The notes below the pieces were generated by a model. The model saw only the letters and a program-made list of their open reading frames with translations, ran no database searches and was not told the origin of the DNA. DNA of 63,999 nucleotides, filler included, from Craspedostauros australis (Eukaryota): NCBI GenBank assembly GCA_030167865.1. It is 7 parts of 7 records of this genome, joined end to end, with 100 filler letters (N's around TTAATTAATTAA, not from the genome) between each part and the next. Parts side by side here need not be neighbours in the genome. Positions count along the whole stretch, not along the records: positions 18,968 to 32,664 come from JALAGF010003416.1; positions 32,765 to 37,575 come from JALAGF010003417.1; 5 more parts are not named here. The stretch is one strand, 5' to 3'. The translations under genes were made by a program, and so were the position numbers. Each line of letters opens with the position of its first letter. Position 1 is the stretch's first letter. Positions 21,995-34,720 of the stretch are shown here, piece after piece.

Positions 21995-24900
21995 TCATCG
22001 GATGCGACGTCTGCCTCTGGATGTGTCAGACAGACAAAGGGCCATGATGAAGCAACCGGCGCCGAGCAGAAGCGACCCGGCAGCCATGGTGCCCCAGAAG
22101 TAACGCCGCACGAATGCGTCGTCGCTTCCGTTCTCGTTGCTGTTGGTGCCGCTCTTGCTTGTGTTTCTCCGTTCCGCCGACACCCCGTCACTTGCATCGG
22201 AGATACCACGTTTGCCCGATTCGGCGGGCATTGGGAGGTTACGATCAGCATCAGTCGTGATTGTAGCGGCATCAGCATCATCACGACTGCGACCATCACC
22301 GTTATCGGATTCGGCGTTGTTGGCAGACACGTTGGCAACCGTTGATGACATCGCCTGTGCTCTGTCTGCAATGGAAGATGCACCAATTCCACTCTTTCCG
22401 CTGGATTTCGTGTCTGCAGCGCCTGCTCCTGTGTTATCTCTCTTTTCTGCAGTCTCTGTGCTGCTCTGGGTTGTTGCTGTTGCATCGTTGGCGTTGTGTC
22501 CGTCGCCTGGCGCTGCGCTCAATTCGGTCAGTGTTGATGGCCGCTTCTCAATGATCTTGGGAGGTTGGATGGAAGATCCGTCTCCTCTGTTTCCGCCGCC
22601 TGGTGTGAATGGGGTGCCTGCAATGCTGCTCATCGCGTCAAAGCCTCTCTTGCCGATGCCCATGGTCGATTGGGAGGCCCCGTCGTTCCAGTCTTTCTCG
22701 CTCTTACCTTCCAAAATAGCGGAATCGAAGAAATTCTCCACCTCCTGGCACGTCAGTCCTTCTCGGCTGATCACTCGCAGCGCTCCAGTGTCGTATCTCG
22801 CAGCATCCTGCTCACGATCGGATTCGTTCATGTGGAATGGAGTGGCGTTGGCTCCGGGCGAGAACATGATCTCAACTCGGAACCGTCTCTGCAAAGGGAT
22901 GGTGGTTGTGTGGTTGTTGGATCGAAGTTGGAGCAAGACCAAAGATTTGGTTTGGGATGAGTGTGCCATGTTATAAGTATACGTACATATCAGATGTACG
23001 AGTTGGGAGCATGGCAGCAAGAAGCACAGGGGGGAACACTTGCAATTCACGTCAGACGAGAGTACTCGGAGACGACAGCCCCATACAATGTGGCAAACCG
23101 CAATGGTGCCATACGATCAAGCCAATGCATCTGAAACTGTGATTGCGGTTGCAGCTGCAAGTTCGACGTTGTTCCAGCCAACTTACCATATCATCCATCG
23201 AACGGCTGGTATCTTCAAACAACCGAAACACAATCTGCGTCAAGTAGCACAGTTCGCGAGTGTTGTTGATGATATCCGCTCCTTCGTCGGACACGGGCGA
23301 ACGGATGTCTTCCTCGCCAGCAAATCGCAAGACATTGATCATCGTGTGGAGATGAGATTCGGACGTGAAGTACAGACGCGTTCGGATGCGTCTCCCCATG
23401 GTGTTGATGGGAAGATCCGCCGAGTAATCCATGTTGATCATGTACCGCATGTCAGTCTTGTTGTCGATGCGTGCGATGTTGAGATCGTACTTGATCTTCT
23501 CCAGCAGGGAGCTGCAAATCTTGACCCCCACGCTTCTCTTCTCGTTGATACTGCTTCCGTACTCCTGTGGCACCACGCAATCCGCCATTGATTTGGCCAA
23601 CTCGTACAGCTTCTCCAGCGTGTGCGTGAGTCCCAAGTGAGGGTTGTGCAGCACACTACTCGTACAGCGTCACACATATAGTATTGTATGTATTGGTGGA
23701 AGTTGGCGGGAGAAGTTTGGAGGACACAAGAAGTTGAGTACAATGAAAATGTGACGCACGCTCTCATGGCAGCCATTGTACGCATGCATGGCACATATTG
23801 AGACTCCCCGTTGACATGCAACCATGAACATGACAATGATAGAATCAACAGCAACAGCCGCAGTCACAGCCGCACACACACACACACAAGTGCTGCTGGT
23901 GTGGCACTTACTCGAAGCGAACGTTGTCATGGACGTCAGGGATACGCGACAGATCAAAGATGTCTTCGTCGGTATCGTAGAGTCGCTTGTAGATGAACTT
24001 CCATCGTTCCGTCAGCTCGAGCAACGTCTCGCCCTTGTACAGCTTCACGCCGCTCAGTGCCACATCGTGCTCGCCATCGCCTTTCAGTCCCTCGCCGCCT
24101 TCGATGCGACGTTCGTCACCGCTGCCCATGAGCCCCAACATCTCCTCCAGCTCCGCGATGAGAAACCCCATCGTCTTGTAGATCTCCATGAGCGTCGCGC
24201 GTGGATTTCCAACTTCGGCGAGGGCATCGCGCATGGAGGTGAGCATGGCGGGGCCGACCAACTGCTCACGATCCTCTTCCGTTGTCTCGCGGTAGTCGAC
24301 GTTGCGTTGCAGGTTCTTCGTGATCTTCTCCTTGCATTCGTCCAGCTCCTGCTTGACATCCTTGACGCCGGATGGGTCCAGCATGTGCATGCTCCCCTTC
24401 TCCTTGTGCACCAACGACACCAAGATAGGCGGGATCTCTCCCTCCAGCTCCAACAACCCCTTCGCGAAGGCTGCGGCAGTCTTCATCACGCGTCCTTCGT
24501 CGCTGGTCTTGATCTTCAGATCGTGACGGAAGGTGGAATGCAAGCGCAAGATACCGCCTCCGGCAATGTCGGGGTACATGTCGTGTCGGAAACGCTGTCC
24601 CAGATGGATGGCCTGCTTCTCACCGAGCTTGGTCAAGTTGCCTCCCCACTTGAGCACCAGCTGGACTTCCGTGGCAGAGACAGCCCCGGTGGATGCATCC
24701 TCCTTCCATTCGCGCGGCTTGATCTGCAATTTGCGATTCAACCCGGTGATCTTCCAACGCTCCAGCACGTCCTTCATGTGACGCAGCTGATAGACGACCT
24801 TGCGGTTGGCCTTCGTGTTGGTGGTGGAGACGGATTCTTCGTCAAGCTCCTGCTCCGTCTTGTTGCGCAGGATGGTGCGGACGGTGTGCAAGAACTCGTG

Positions 24901-27077
24901 CATGGGGACCTTGTCCTTGATCTTGAGGTCCTTGCGTGGATTCTCGGCATGGTCGTGGAAGTACTTGAGGATCAACGGTTCGGTCATGTTGACCTTGAGC
25001 TTTTGCTTGGGCGTGCGGTCGCCATGGCGGATGACGGCAATGACGCAGCGCAACTCTTCCTGGTGTTCGTTGGGTCCGCACGGCAGGGTTTGGTTGGCCT
25101 TCAACTTGGACGTTTCGGAATCTGCGACGGAGGCCTCGGCGGATGGGCAGATGGATGCTGGTTCGGACGTGAGCTGATCGGGGATGTCGCGCACAGGGAT
25201 CGCACCTTCCTCAAGGGTGGTGGCCGCATTGGTGGAAGGTGTGATGGAATGGTCGGATTGCGACATGGCCTCACCATGGGATGAACCCACCGCCGCTTCG
25301 GCGTTGTCAGCATCCTTGCTAGCGGATGTGTCACCTTGCAGCATGTTGGCAAGCCGTGACAGAGTCGTGGTGGCGTGCTTGTGAAAGGCGCCGAGCTGGT
25401 CATCGTCATTGATGTTGGCACTGAGGGTGACCAATGGATCGACGGTCGAGAATCCCTTGAGGTTGTCCGGTTTGACAGCAGCCAGGATATGTTCCGTCAT
25501 GATCTGAGCGCAATCCTCATAGTACTTTCTGCATGAATGCATGAGTGCGTGTGTGCGTGTGGGTGGCCGAGCACGTGGTCACGTGATGAAGAGAGTGGAG
25601 TGGAGTAGAAAAGATGAGTACATGAATGCACGAGAGGAGATGGGGCAGAGAGCGAGACGAGGGCGTGATTCTATCCGAGATCTGCCCATTCGCTGACTTC
25701 CATGTTTCACATCTGCTCGTATCCACCAGACACAGGCACAGACACAGACACAGACACGCAATAAGCAACTCCAGCAGGAACGTACCTGCTGTTCTTGACG
25801 AAAGACCACCCGTTGACGTCGCAACAGTAGGACACGACCGAATGGTCTTCCTGCACGCGCAGCAGATCGAAGCCGCACACGAACTGCTTGAACCCCAGCA
25901 CGATGCGGCGCGCAATCTCCTTCTCGCGCAACGTGAGGATGACGGGGAACCGCACCTCCTTGCCATCGGAATTGCGCTGCACCTTGCCGTCGACGGTGGG
26001 AGATTTGCGCGCCTCGGCGTGTCCGTATTCGGGACCGACGGTGTACATCTTGACGTCCGTGCCTTGCGTTTCAACGAACTCCTCGTAGATGTAGCTGCCG
26101 TCGCGCCGCACCTCGTTGACGTCGGCGTAGAATTCGGAAGAGCGGTTGCCGATCTTGCGGAAGAGTTTCTTGCAGCCGCCGCCTGCCGATGTGGGATAGT
26201 AGATGGCGATGTTGTGATCATCGGCGTCGACGGGCTTCTCCACGAAGGGCTTGTGCAGAACGATGCCGTTGATTTCAATGTGATCGTCGTACTCCGTGAC
26301 GCAGGGATCCCTGCCACCGTTGCCATCGCCGGTGCCCGTGGAGACGTAATCATCGCGACTGAGGTAGACATGGCGCGGCACGTCGATGCCCAAGGCCTCG
26401 AGGAGATCGTAGGCCTTGCGACGATCCTTGAGCGACTCCTGCATCTCCAGATCGTTGAGGTTGAACGGCTTGCGCAGATCGACGTAGGCCTGCGCCTTCT
26501 GCAGCGGGTATCCCTTGGAGAAGAAGGCGATGAGGACGTCGCACGTCGGCCATTCCTCGATGGATCGGTTGAGGATGATGTCATCAGAGAAAAAAACGAC
26601 GTGGAACAGGGTTTCGTCGAGGCGGCTGAGGATCTCGGCCATGGGCTTCGATCGCGCCTTCTTGTCCAACGCGCAGATGCCCAAGCGGATGCGATCGGGA
26701 CTTCCGTCTGGCTCGGCCGCAGCGATGTACGGCATGGGTTTGGCGTTGGACTTCTTCTTCATGTGCTGCGGCTTCTTGAGGATGGGCGTCGGAGAGATGG
26801 GCGTGCTGCTCTTGCTGTTGCCCACGCTGCTGGCCGTGCTGTTGCTGTTGCTCTTGGAATGGGATGGGGCAGCAGCGAAAACGGACTGCTGCTGCTGTTG
26901 TTGCTGCTGTTGCTTCTGTTGCTTGGGTGGAGAGGATTGCAGCGTCACACTGGTCGCGGTGGAGGTCTCGGCTTGCTTCTTCTCTCCGCCATTGTCGTCG
27001 TTTTTGCCAATGTTGCCGCCGACCACTGCGGTGACGGCACAAGGGATGCCTTCGGACGGCGTGGAGGGAGTCGTCAT
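21995..27077 (-). CDS. VIP1: Inositol hexakisphosphate/diphosphoinositol-pentakisphosphate kinase (VIP1/PPIP5K); exons 27077-25786, 25528-23912, 23655-23187, 22888-21995
   Basis: ATP-grasp kinase motifs: [53 protein letters not shown]. Histidine-phosphatase motifs: [33 protein letters not shown] junctions restore NSRKYY, VRFDVLHN and DDMRRFRVE. Confidence 0.93.
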
Positions 27078-27525
27078 CGTGCAACGATGTCCCTGAAACC
27101 GACGACTCTACTCTACTCTACTATATTTGTAAGCCGCACGAGTAGGAAGTCAGGCACACATGCAGAAGTATGATACTCTATGATGCAATAGTTGTCGGTG
27201 AATCTCTGTGATGAATGAAGCAGAAAGTGTTCGGCATGGTGTGTGGCAGAATGTGGAACGAGAGGTGAAAACCTGGCGAAAACGACGAATGAGCGGCGCC
27301 GACTACGCCCCACGTCATGGTCAATGCGTTTGTCGCGAACACGACTCAAGCGACCAAAGTTCGCGTTTTGTTTGAGGGATGACTCATTTGACTACTTTGA
27401 ATCTTCCACTCTTCGCTTTCGTGACATCGCAGACCATCGCCACCAAATGACAGCCAAAACAACACGAGACAACCGTGGTAACGACAAGAACACCAGCAAT
27501 GGTGACAACGACAGACAGATGATCC

Positions 27526-27584
27526 CAATCACAATCACAATCACAATCACAACCACAACCACAACCACAACCACAACCACAATC
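27526..27584. repeat. Hexamer microsatellite (ACAATC)n-(ACAACC)n in the divergent VIP1/RGG-gene promoter
   Basis: Read directly from the sequence. Confidence 0.85.
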
Positions 27585-27827
27585 ATAGACACAACGCAAA
27601 CCCTCTCTGACAAGGCAAGCGACTGCCATTCAAACGCTGACGCTCTCAACCTCATCGTGTGATCACTGATCGACGCAGAGCTTCATCTTGTGGTTGGTTC
27701 TTCATCCAAACAGGGAGAAGAGAGAGAGAGAGACAGACAGATATAACATAGAATAATATCTTTTAATATATTCCAGAAAGCAATCCCAACACATCGCAAG
27801 CAACAACAAGCAACAACACGAAGAGCC

Positions 27828-29714
27828 ATGTCGGAAGAAGCCGCACATGCCGATGCGGCGCCGGAGGAGGACGACCCCAACGACGATTCCGTCGTGCTGC
27901 CGCGCAAGCTGACTGCGGATGAGACGCGCGAGCTCAAGATCGCCTTGCTCCCCTTCTTCCATGCGTCTTCGGACGCAGGGGGAAACAGCACGGAGGATTT
28001 CTCCGACTTTCTGGATTACGCATTCGCCATGGTCTCCAATTCCAAGTCCGTCAACTACATCGTCAAGGAGCTCGTTGGGATGGAGATGGACTTCTGCAAG
28101 GAGCCGCTGGCCAACAAGATCGGGGAGCAGCTCACCAATCTCCTGCAGAACTTGATCGACAAGGACAACGAGGCGGCCGGCGGCGGCGACGTTCATGATG
28201 CCAATGGCGACGGCGATGCTGCACCTGCTGAAAGCGAGGGGGATGACAAGGTATGTTCATTGTGTGCCGTTCCATCGCGCTGTGTTTGTTTGCACCGTCT
28301 TGATCCATGAATGCATGTATATATGCATGTATATATGCATGTATGTGTGTGCTCATGCGGTTGGCCTTTGGCTCTGCAATACTGCTCTGACGGATCCAAC
28401 CACTAACCCATCCATCAACCATCATCCATCAATTGTCACCATGTGCAAACGCTGTTCGCATTCACCAACTTGCCATACCCATGTGCTCACCATCCATTCT
28501 CTCTCATGATGATGCAGTCTGCTGCCGCTTCGAAGAACGCGCTGCTCATGGCAGGTGCATTGGAGGCTCCACGCCAAGGTGGCAAGGGGAACAAACCGAA
28601 GAAGGACGACAAAACCAAGGGCCCCAAGAAGTCCAAAGACAAGGACAAGGACAAAGACGGCAACAGGGATGATGGCAAGGCCGGTCGTGGCGGACGCAAC
28701 CGTGACCGCGATGGCGACAGAAGGTCGGACCGTCGCCAACGTGATGACCGTCAACGCGATGACCGCCAACGTGATGGCAACCGCCGTGGCGATGACCGCA
28801 GAGGTCGCTCACGGCAGTCGGAAGCATTCGATCGTCTCGCCAACGATGATCACGGCAGACGGGACCGACGCCAACCTCGTGGCCGTGATGCGGAACGATG
28901 GGATGACCGGCGAGGTCGTGGTCCACGACGTGCTCGCGGCGAGTCCGGCAACCGCCGATCGCGTGACGATTTCGAACGTGAGCCAGACTACGTCCCAGCA
29001 GGCCGCGGAGGCGGGCGTGGTCCCAAGATGGCCCGACGAGATGACGGGTACCACGAGGGCGGTGGACGAGGCAGAGGCCGTGGCGGAAGAGGCGGCAGAG
29101 GCCGAGGCCGAGGCAGGGGTGGTTACCGACACGGAGGCGACGACTACCACGAGTACAACGATTACTCACAGGGCTACGACGAGTACAACGACTACGACGG
29201 TTACGACGATCCGGGATACGGATACGGTGGTCGTGGTGGTGGAAGAGGCGGCAGAGGCGGCTACGGATACCACGAGGGTGGTGGCGGCAGACGCGGAGGC
29301 CGCGGGGGCAGAGGTCGTGGCAGAGGACGCGGTGGACGAGGCGGCAGAGGCCGTGGCGATCACGCCGAGCATCATCATCAGGGCGAGGGCCAAGATCACC
29401 AAGGCGAGCAGAAGCCTGCCGAAAGCGGTGGCGGCAACAACGCCCAAGGCGGGGACGGATCCGGGGACGCTTCGGCTGCTCATCCATCCCCAATCGTCCA
29501 GGCTGGATACTCCACAGGCTTCTCCGGATACTCTTACCGCGGACGTGGTTACAGAGGCCGTGGTCGCGGTCGTGGCAGAGGCAGGGGATTCCCTGGCCGT
29601 GCCGAAGTCGTCAACATGATGGCTTCCAAAACATGGGTGCGCAAGAAGCCAGAAGAATCTGCCGCAGCAGACGGCGGTGGCGGCGGTGATGCACCACCCG
29701 CCGCCGATGCCTGA
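27828..29714 (+). CDS. RNA-binding protein with N-terminal PWI-like helical domain and RD/RGG-rich tail; exons 27828-28250, 28518-29714
   Basis: N-terminal helical domain (DFLDYAFAMVSNSKSVNYIVKEL), a phase-0 intron GTATGT...TGCAG, and extensive RGG/RG and YDDY repeats. The PWI assignment is inference. Confidence 0.75.
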
Positions 29715-30619
29715 GGTTCAGCTTCAGCTGGACCGACCAAGCGAGCGAGAAAGCTCAATATGAAATGAATCCAACTGGACGAAACAAAATCATGTCAAGT
29801 GTGTTGTTGAAAATGAAGAAGCAAAGAAATGCAAAAACAAACAGAAAAGAAAAGAACAAAGAGATGGAGTGATTCAGCGGCATGGCGTCGAATGATCGTT
29901 TTCGTTGCACGATCATCCCTCCACCGTTCGCAATCACCCACAAGAAACAAAGAAAAATTAAATGAATGGCATTACACACCAAAAAAAGAAAAACCAAAAC
30001 AATACAAAAATGACATGAAATGAAATGAAACCCACACACTTGCCATCCCGACATCCTGCACTTTCCCTCACAGACACACCCAAAGAAATAGGCGGAGGAA
30101 TCCACGGAGGCGCAGACTCCATGCTGGGAGCCAAGATACGAACAGAGCCTCGTGTAGAAGGGCGACGGCACGAATCCGCAGATGAGATGGGCGGTTACAC
30201 GACGTCCGAATATGTATCTCCCGACAGGAAGGAGCAACAAGAAGCGGCATGCACGAGGGGGGCCTGGCCGATTGGCCATTGTTCAAGGCGCGCGAAGGGG
30301 GTCTGAAATGTGTGTGTGTGTGATGCGCTGTTGTTGATGAGATCTGTCGTTGCATGATGTTCCATTATTGCGCATACGATTAACATTCCTGACGACCTGT
30401 GCAAGTGGCTCATGATTCCATCATGTTGAATTCATTCCATTTGTACTAATATATGAATGGGCACGCATCAAGCATTTTGCGTGCCACTCTATGCTCGCAT
30501 GATCTCACACGCCATCCATGAAAGGATGAGCACGTACGTCTAACAATCTTGCAATTTGAATATCCATATTTACCCAGATTCGAAGCACCCGCTCTCCATG
30601 GCTCGTTCCATCGCATGTG

Positions 30620-31995
30620 TCATGCCTGAATATCGGCAAGAACATGCAAGCTGAGCGGCAAGAGGTACGGCACGATCTCATGCACACCCTTGGGGTTGCC
30701 AGGAAGGTTGGCGATGAAGGTGCGGTTGTTGTTCAGGATTCCGCTCGTGCCCCGCGACAAGGCAGCCAAAGGCTGGATCTTTGAGGTTTCGGCAGTGCAG
30801 AAGGACATCAATCCAGCGCACTCGTGACGCAGCATTTCTTTCGTGGCTTCCGGCGTGATATCCCGCAGCGCAAATCCGGTGCCACCAGATGTGAGGATCA
30901 CGTTGACACCGCCGGCATCACCATCCTCGTTGGCCCACTGTTCGATGGCACCTTGAATGGCGGACTTGTCATCTGGAACGATTTTCTTTTGAACGTTGGT
31001 CAGCTGAACATTTGGCGAGTCCTTACGAAGACCCTCGATGCATGATGTGACCGCATCCTCAACGGCCGGGCCCGACAAATCGCCCGTTTCGTACTCGCCC
31101 TTGGATGCACGATCGCTGACTATGAGGATACCGAGTGAGATCTTGATCTCAGTCGCTGGTGGCGCCGGTGGTTGATACGGCGGCAGCTCACGGAATTTCT
31201 TCTTTTGTGGTGGGGCTGATGTTGGCGCTGGCGCTGGAGCGTCCGGAACATCTTGGCAGCAAACGTTGGATTGCAGCGATTTGGTTGTTGCTGGCATTGT
31301 TCCTGCCGGCGCCTTGGATTCGTTGGACGGCTGTTGCTGCTGTTGAGCGTCGCTCTCAGTTGCAGTCAACTTTTTCTCCAGCAATTTCTTGTCATGCTTT
31401 GCCCACAATGGTTTGCTCGCATTGAACCGGTCCATTTGATCGTCAGACGCTTTCTTCGAATGCCTTGCCTTCCAGTCCTTGTAGTGCATGCCGTACACGT
31501 ACTTCGCAGCCTCATCGTATCCCAAGCCATTGAGGAGAGCGATGGTTTTAGCATCATGGTTGCTGCTGCTGCCGCTGGTGATGCCGTCCGTAGTCTTTGC
31601 CTCCGCCGCAATCTTTCGTGCCTCCAAGACCATCCACTGATGGCCAGCGCAACAAGCAGACACAGGGAATGCCCGAAGTTCATCGAAATTGATTGCATCA
31701 TGAGAGTATTTGAGGTGAGAAAGGCTTACTTCGAGCATGCGAAATCATGTGGCCATGCATCCTTCTCCACCTGCACTGTTTCACAGCTGATGAAACCACA
31801 AAGCAAAGACCTCGAGACGCTCACCTTCGCCAAGCAATTGCGGCAGAATCCCGTGAGGGTCATCATGTCGATGTTCTGCACTTCATCGCTGCGTTCCCTC
31901 AGATGCGCGCACACGCTTCGGAATGCTCCGGCTTCCAAACGCTCGATTACATCCCGCGGGATGTGCGTTGTGATGTAGTCGTCGTTGCTGGACAT
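30620..31995 (-). CDS. mogA: DUF1244 - MogA/Cnx1G (molybdopterin adenylyltransferase) fusion; exons 31995-31825, 31636-30620
   Basis: DUF1244: LEAGAFRSVCAHLRERSDEVQNIDMMTLTGFCRNCLAK|WMV...YVYGMHYKDWK. MogA: IVSDRA, DLSGP, VPDD, TSGGTGFALRDITPEA, LSRG, NLPGNPKG. A phase-0 GT-AG intron joins LAK to WMV. Confidence 0.88.
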
Positions 31996-32764
31996 TGTCG
32001 TCGCCGTTTCTTGTCTCTGGTACTTCAGGGGGTGTCGTGTTGGCGTGGATAGAGTAGGTACACGCTTGTATTGTGCGATAGTGGTGGATCTGCTCTTGGG
32101 TGATCCATTGATTGCGTCCCATCACCGCAGACACAACCACCAATCAACAAGCGAAAGCGAAGGATACGGTGGTGATGTTGGCCGTTCTTTTGGCTTCGCC
32201 ATGGTCGATGAATCCAGAACTGTCTTCTGGATCAGTTGAGCCCAAAAATGTCGTCTCCAATTTGATCGAACGGGTCAATCTCATGATTGTCTCATTTCAC
32301 AAAAGATCGCGGAGATTCCTGTTGGACAGAAGGAACTCCCCGTTCCTGTACGATGAATCATGAGGTGCTCCATTCATTCATCATCTAGGTCTGCAACTGT
32401 ATCTACGTCTGTATCTACAACCTCACATCAACACAAGGCGCAGGATCCGATACAAAGAGGCGTTCTGCAAGTGTTGGTTGATAGCAAGGGCCAGAACATC
32501 TGCATGTACAAAGGGCGGTGGTTGCTGCTAGGTCGGCAGCGACCGCCGCGCACGTTCCTGTCATCATAGTAGGGGCCACAAACAATGCCCTTGGGAGTGG
32601 CAGAAGACTGGTGGTACATGGAACAAAGCCAATTGGTATTACTGATGAGTGCTATTGCTGTATANNNNNNNNNNNNNNNNNNNNNNNNNNNNNNNNNNNN
32701 NNNNNNNNTTAATTAATTAANNNNNNNNNNNNNNNNNNNNNNNNNNNNNNNNNNNNNNNNNNNN

Positions 32765-33690
32765 TCTCTCTCTCTCTCTCTCTGCCTTCTTGATTCTCGT
32801 GCATCGCAGATTCAATAATACCTCCACCCTTCCTCCGCGAGCACGAGTACTAGACACTGTTCTCCAACCACGACTTCTCTCCGACCATTCTCCGACCAAG
32901 TCCATGCATCTCATACCAATACCATCCTATTCTCATTCTGCTCCTTTCTTTGTTCTACACGATCGATAATGCCTTGTTCTACAATATTCTAGTATACTTC
33001 AGATTTATTCACCATCCTCTCGGCTCCATTGGCCCACGGTGTCCATCCCGATCTTTCGCAAGTCCTCCAACTCCATGTGCGGCACATACTCACGTTCCTG
33101 CGGCAAGTCCACACGAACGGACTTCATGGCCTCCTCGGCGTCTTTGCCATTCACCGCTTTTTGGTGCGCTGCGTGCACCTGATGTGCCAACTCGGTCACG
33201 TCCTCGATCTTCCGAATGCTGTGTACGTACAGGTGAGATACATCGCGCGACAACCCGATTTGAATGGCTCGTGTCATTGGCATCTTGCGTGGGTCTTGCC
33301 CATCGCCGTGCTGCAGATCGCGTTCCGGATCCCACTGGATGCGACCCATGCTGCCACCGCCGCCATGTCCGCAAACACACCACGATAGCAACTCCGCGAC
33401 GTCTTCGTGGCTCACTTGGATGCGGAGGATGCGTTCTTGGTTGGCTTTCGTGGCGTACCCCGATCGGTACAGGACCCATCCGAAGGATGGTTTGATCCAT
33501 GTCATGCGCGTGGCGTGAAAGTCAGGACAGTCCGTGAAGGTCTGGTTCGCGACAGCGTACTCGGCGATGGAAGGGCGGAAGGCCTGGTAGAAGTACACGC
33601 CGTCGGCATCCCACATGGCGCGGAAGATGCGGGTGGGGCGGTCCTTGTGTTGGGCACTTGGTTTGGCGGTGTTGCTGCTGGGCATGTTTG
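32765..33690. repeat. ~926-bp repeat (DUF4291 CDS + 3' region + CT microsatellite); direct copy at 36650-37575, inverted copy at 37676-~38606
   Basis: The copies appear identical at an offset of 3885 bp, and the ORF track gives identical translations. Confidence 0.95.
33005..33685 (-). CDS. DUF4291 family protein, copy 1 (alternative start 33703)
   Basis: RAMWDADGVYFYQAF, RMTWIKPSF.W.LYRSG.ATK..QERIL, RIQWDPER and RAIQIGL are the DUF4291 signature. Confidence 0.85.
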   Translation of the reverse strand: MPSSNTAKPSAQHKDRPTRIFRAMWDADGVYFYQAFRPSIAEYAVANQTFTDCPDFHATRMTWIKPSFGWVLYRSGYATKANQERILRIQVSHEDVAELLSWCVCGHGGGGSMGRIQWDPERDLQHGDGQDPRKMPMTRAIQIGLSRDVSHLYVHSIRKIEDVTELAHQVHAAHQKAVNGKDAEEAMKSVRVDLPQEREYVPHMELEDLRKIGMDTVGQWSREDGE

Positions 33691-33774
33691 TTGTTCTTGT
33701 CATCTTGTTGGTGTTGATTTTGTTTGTTTTGTTCGATTTTGTGGGGAGATGTTTCTTGTTTTGTGATCTGATTC

Positions 33775-33839
33775 TCCAAACGTGTATGTATGTACCAAAC
33801 GTGTATATGTGTACCAAACGTGTATGTATACCAAACGTG
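33775..33839. repeat. ~19-bp tandem repeat (CCAAACGTGTATGTATGTA)x~3.5 upstream of DUF4291 copy 1
   Basis: Read directly from the sequence. Confidence 0.8.
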
Positions 33840-34720
33840 GATTGAGTCCACGATCGCAGCCGAGAAAGAAGTCCCAAGGTCGTTCCTCGGCTTCGAGCTG
33901 AAGGACAGTTCCAGACGGTGATGCTGTGTGATCGTATTGTTGGTAAATCAGATAGTTACAATTGAATTGCATGCTGGTTGTTTCATCTCTCTCTCTCTCT
34001 CTTGTTGTTGCCATCTGCTGCTGTTGTGGTGCTGTTGTCGCTGCTTTGTTCCAGCTGTCGCGTCGTCTCGGTTGGTCCTGGTTGCCTGATCTGTCCGTCG
34101 CTGGGGCTCGACAAAACCACAGGTGCTCGGGAAATAGGCCCTTTCGCCAACACAGCCAACGCCGCGGAGAATGTGTGGTGAACATGTCTGTGAGATCTGC
34201 GCAGGGGAGTTCACTTGGAGATCTTCACACGAAACTTTCAGTTCCTGTTGGACCAGCGAAGTCCCACCAACCTCTCCGTTGGCCGCTCAACCCTGGCAGT
34301 TCGGCGCCCACTGGCCGCAATTGGAGGTGACAAAGTCGGTGATTTCGTCAAAGAGGCGCGCGTTTGTGCCAGGGGCAACTGCTTCCCAACCCCCGTTTCT
34401 CTTGTGGCGAGCAGCAAGGAAACAAACAGAGAAGTTTGGCGATGCCTCTGCACACCGATACACCGATACACAGGCAAACAAGGCAAACAAGGCAACAAAC
34501 ACACGAGGCGGCAAACACACAAGCCAGCCACTGTGGAGCAGAGTTGTCGTATGCACGAGTTTTGATACACACGGATAACGACAACTGGATCCATCTCTTC
34601 CTTGCACCCTGCATCCCCTGAATGCTCCTGTTCTCATAATTCGGAAAAACAAAGCAACACAGACACAGACACGCATTCGCACCAATTCGCACCAATTCGC
34701 ACCAACAACCACCAGCAACC

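Noticed and set aside
23824..27173. Long plus-strand ORFs (486 aa, 515 aa) and similar antisense ORFs over the cyclases, M6 protease and CPN20
   Set aside because: These are shadow frames of GC3-rich genes and carry no recognisable motifs.
33704..33877. N-terminal extension of the 290-aa DUF4291 ORF
   Set aside because: It runs through a tandem repeat and an AC-rich UTR-like tract from a non-ATG start. The likely start is 33703 or 33685.
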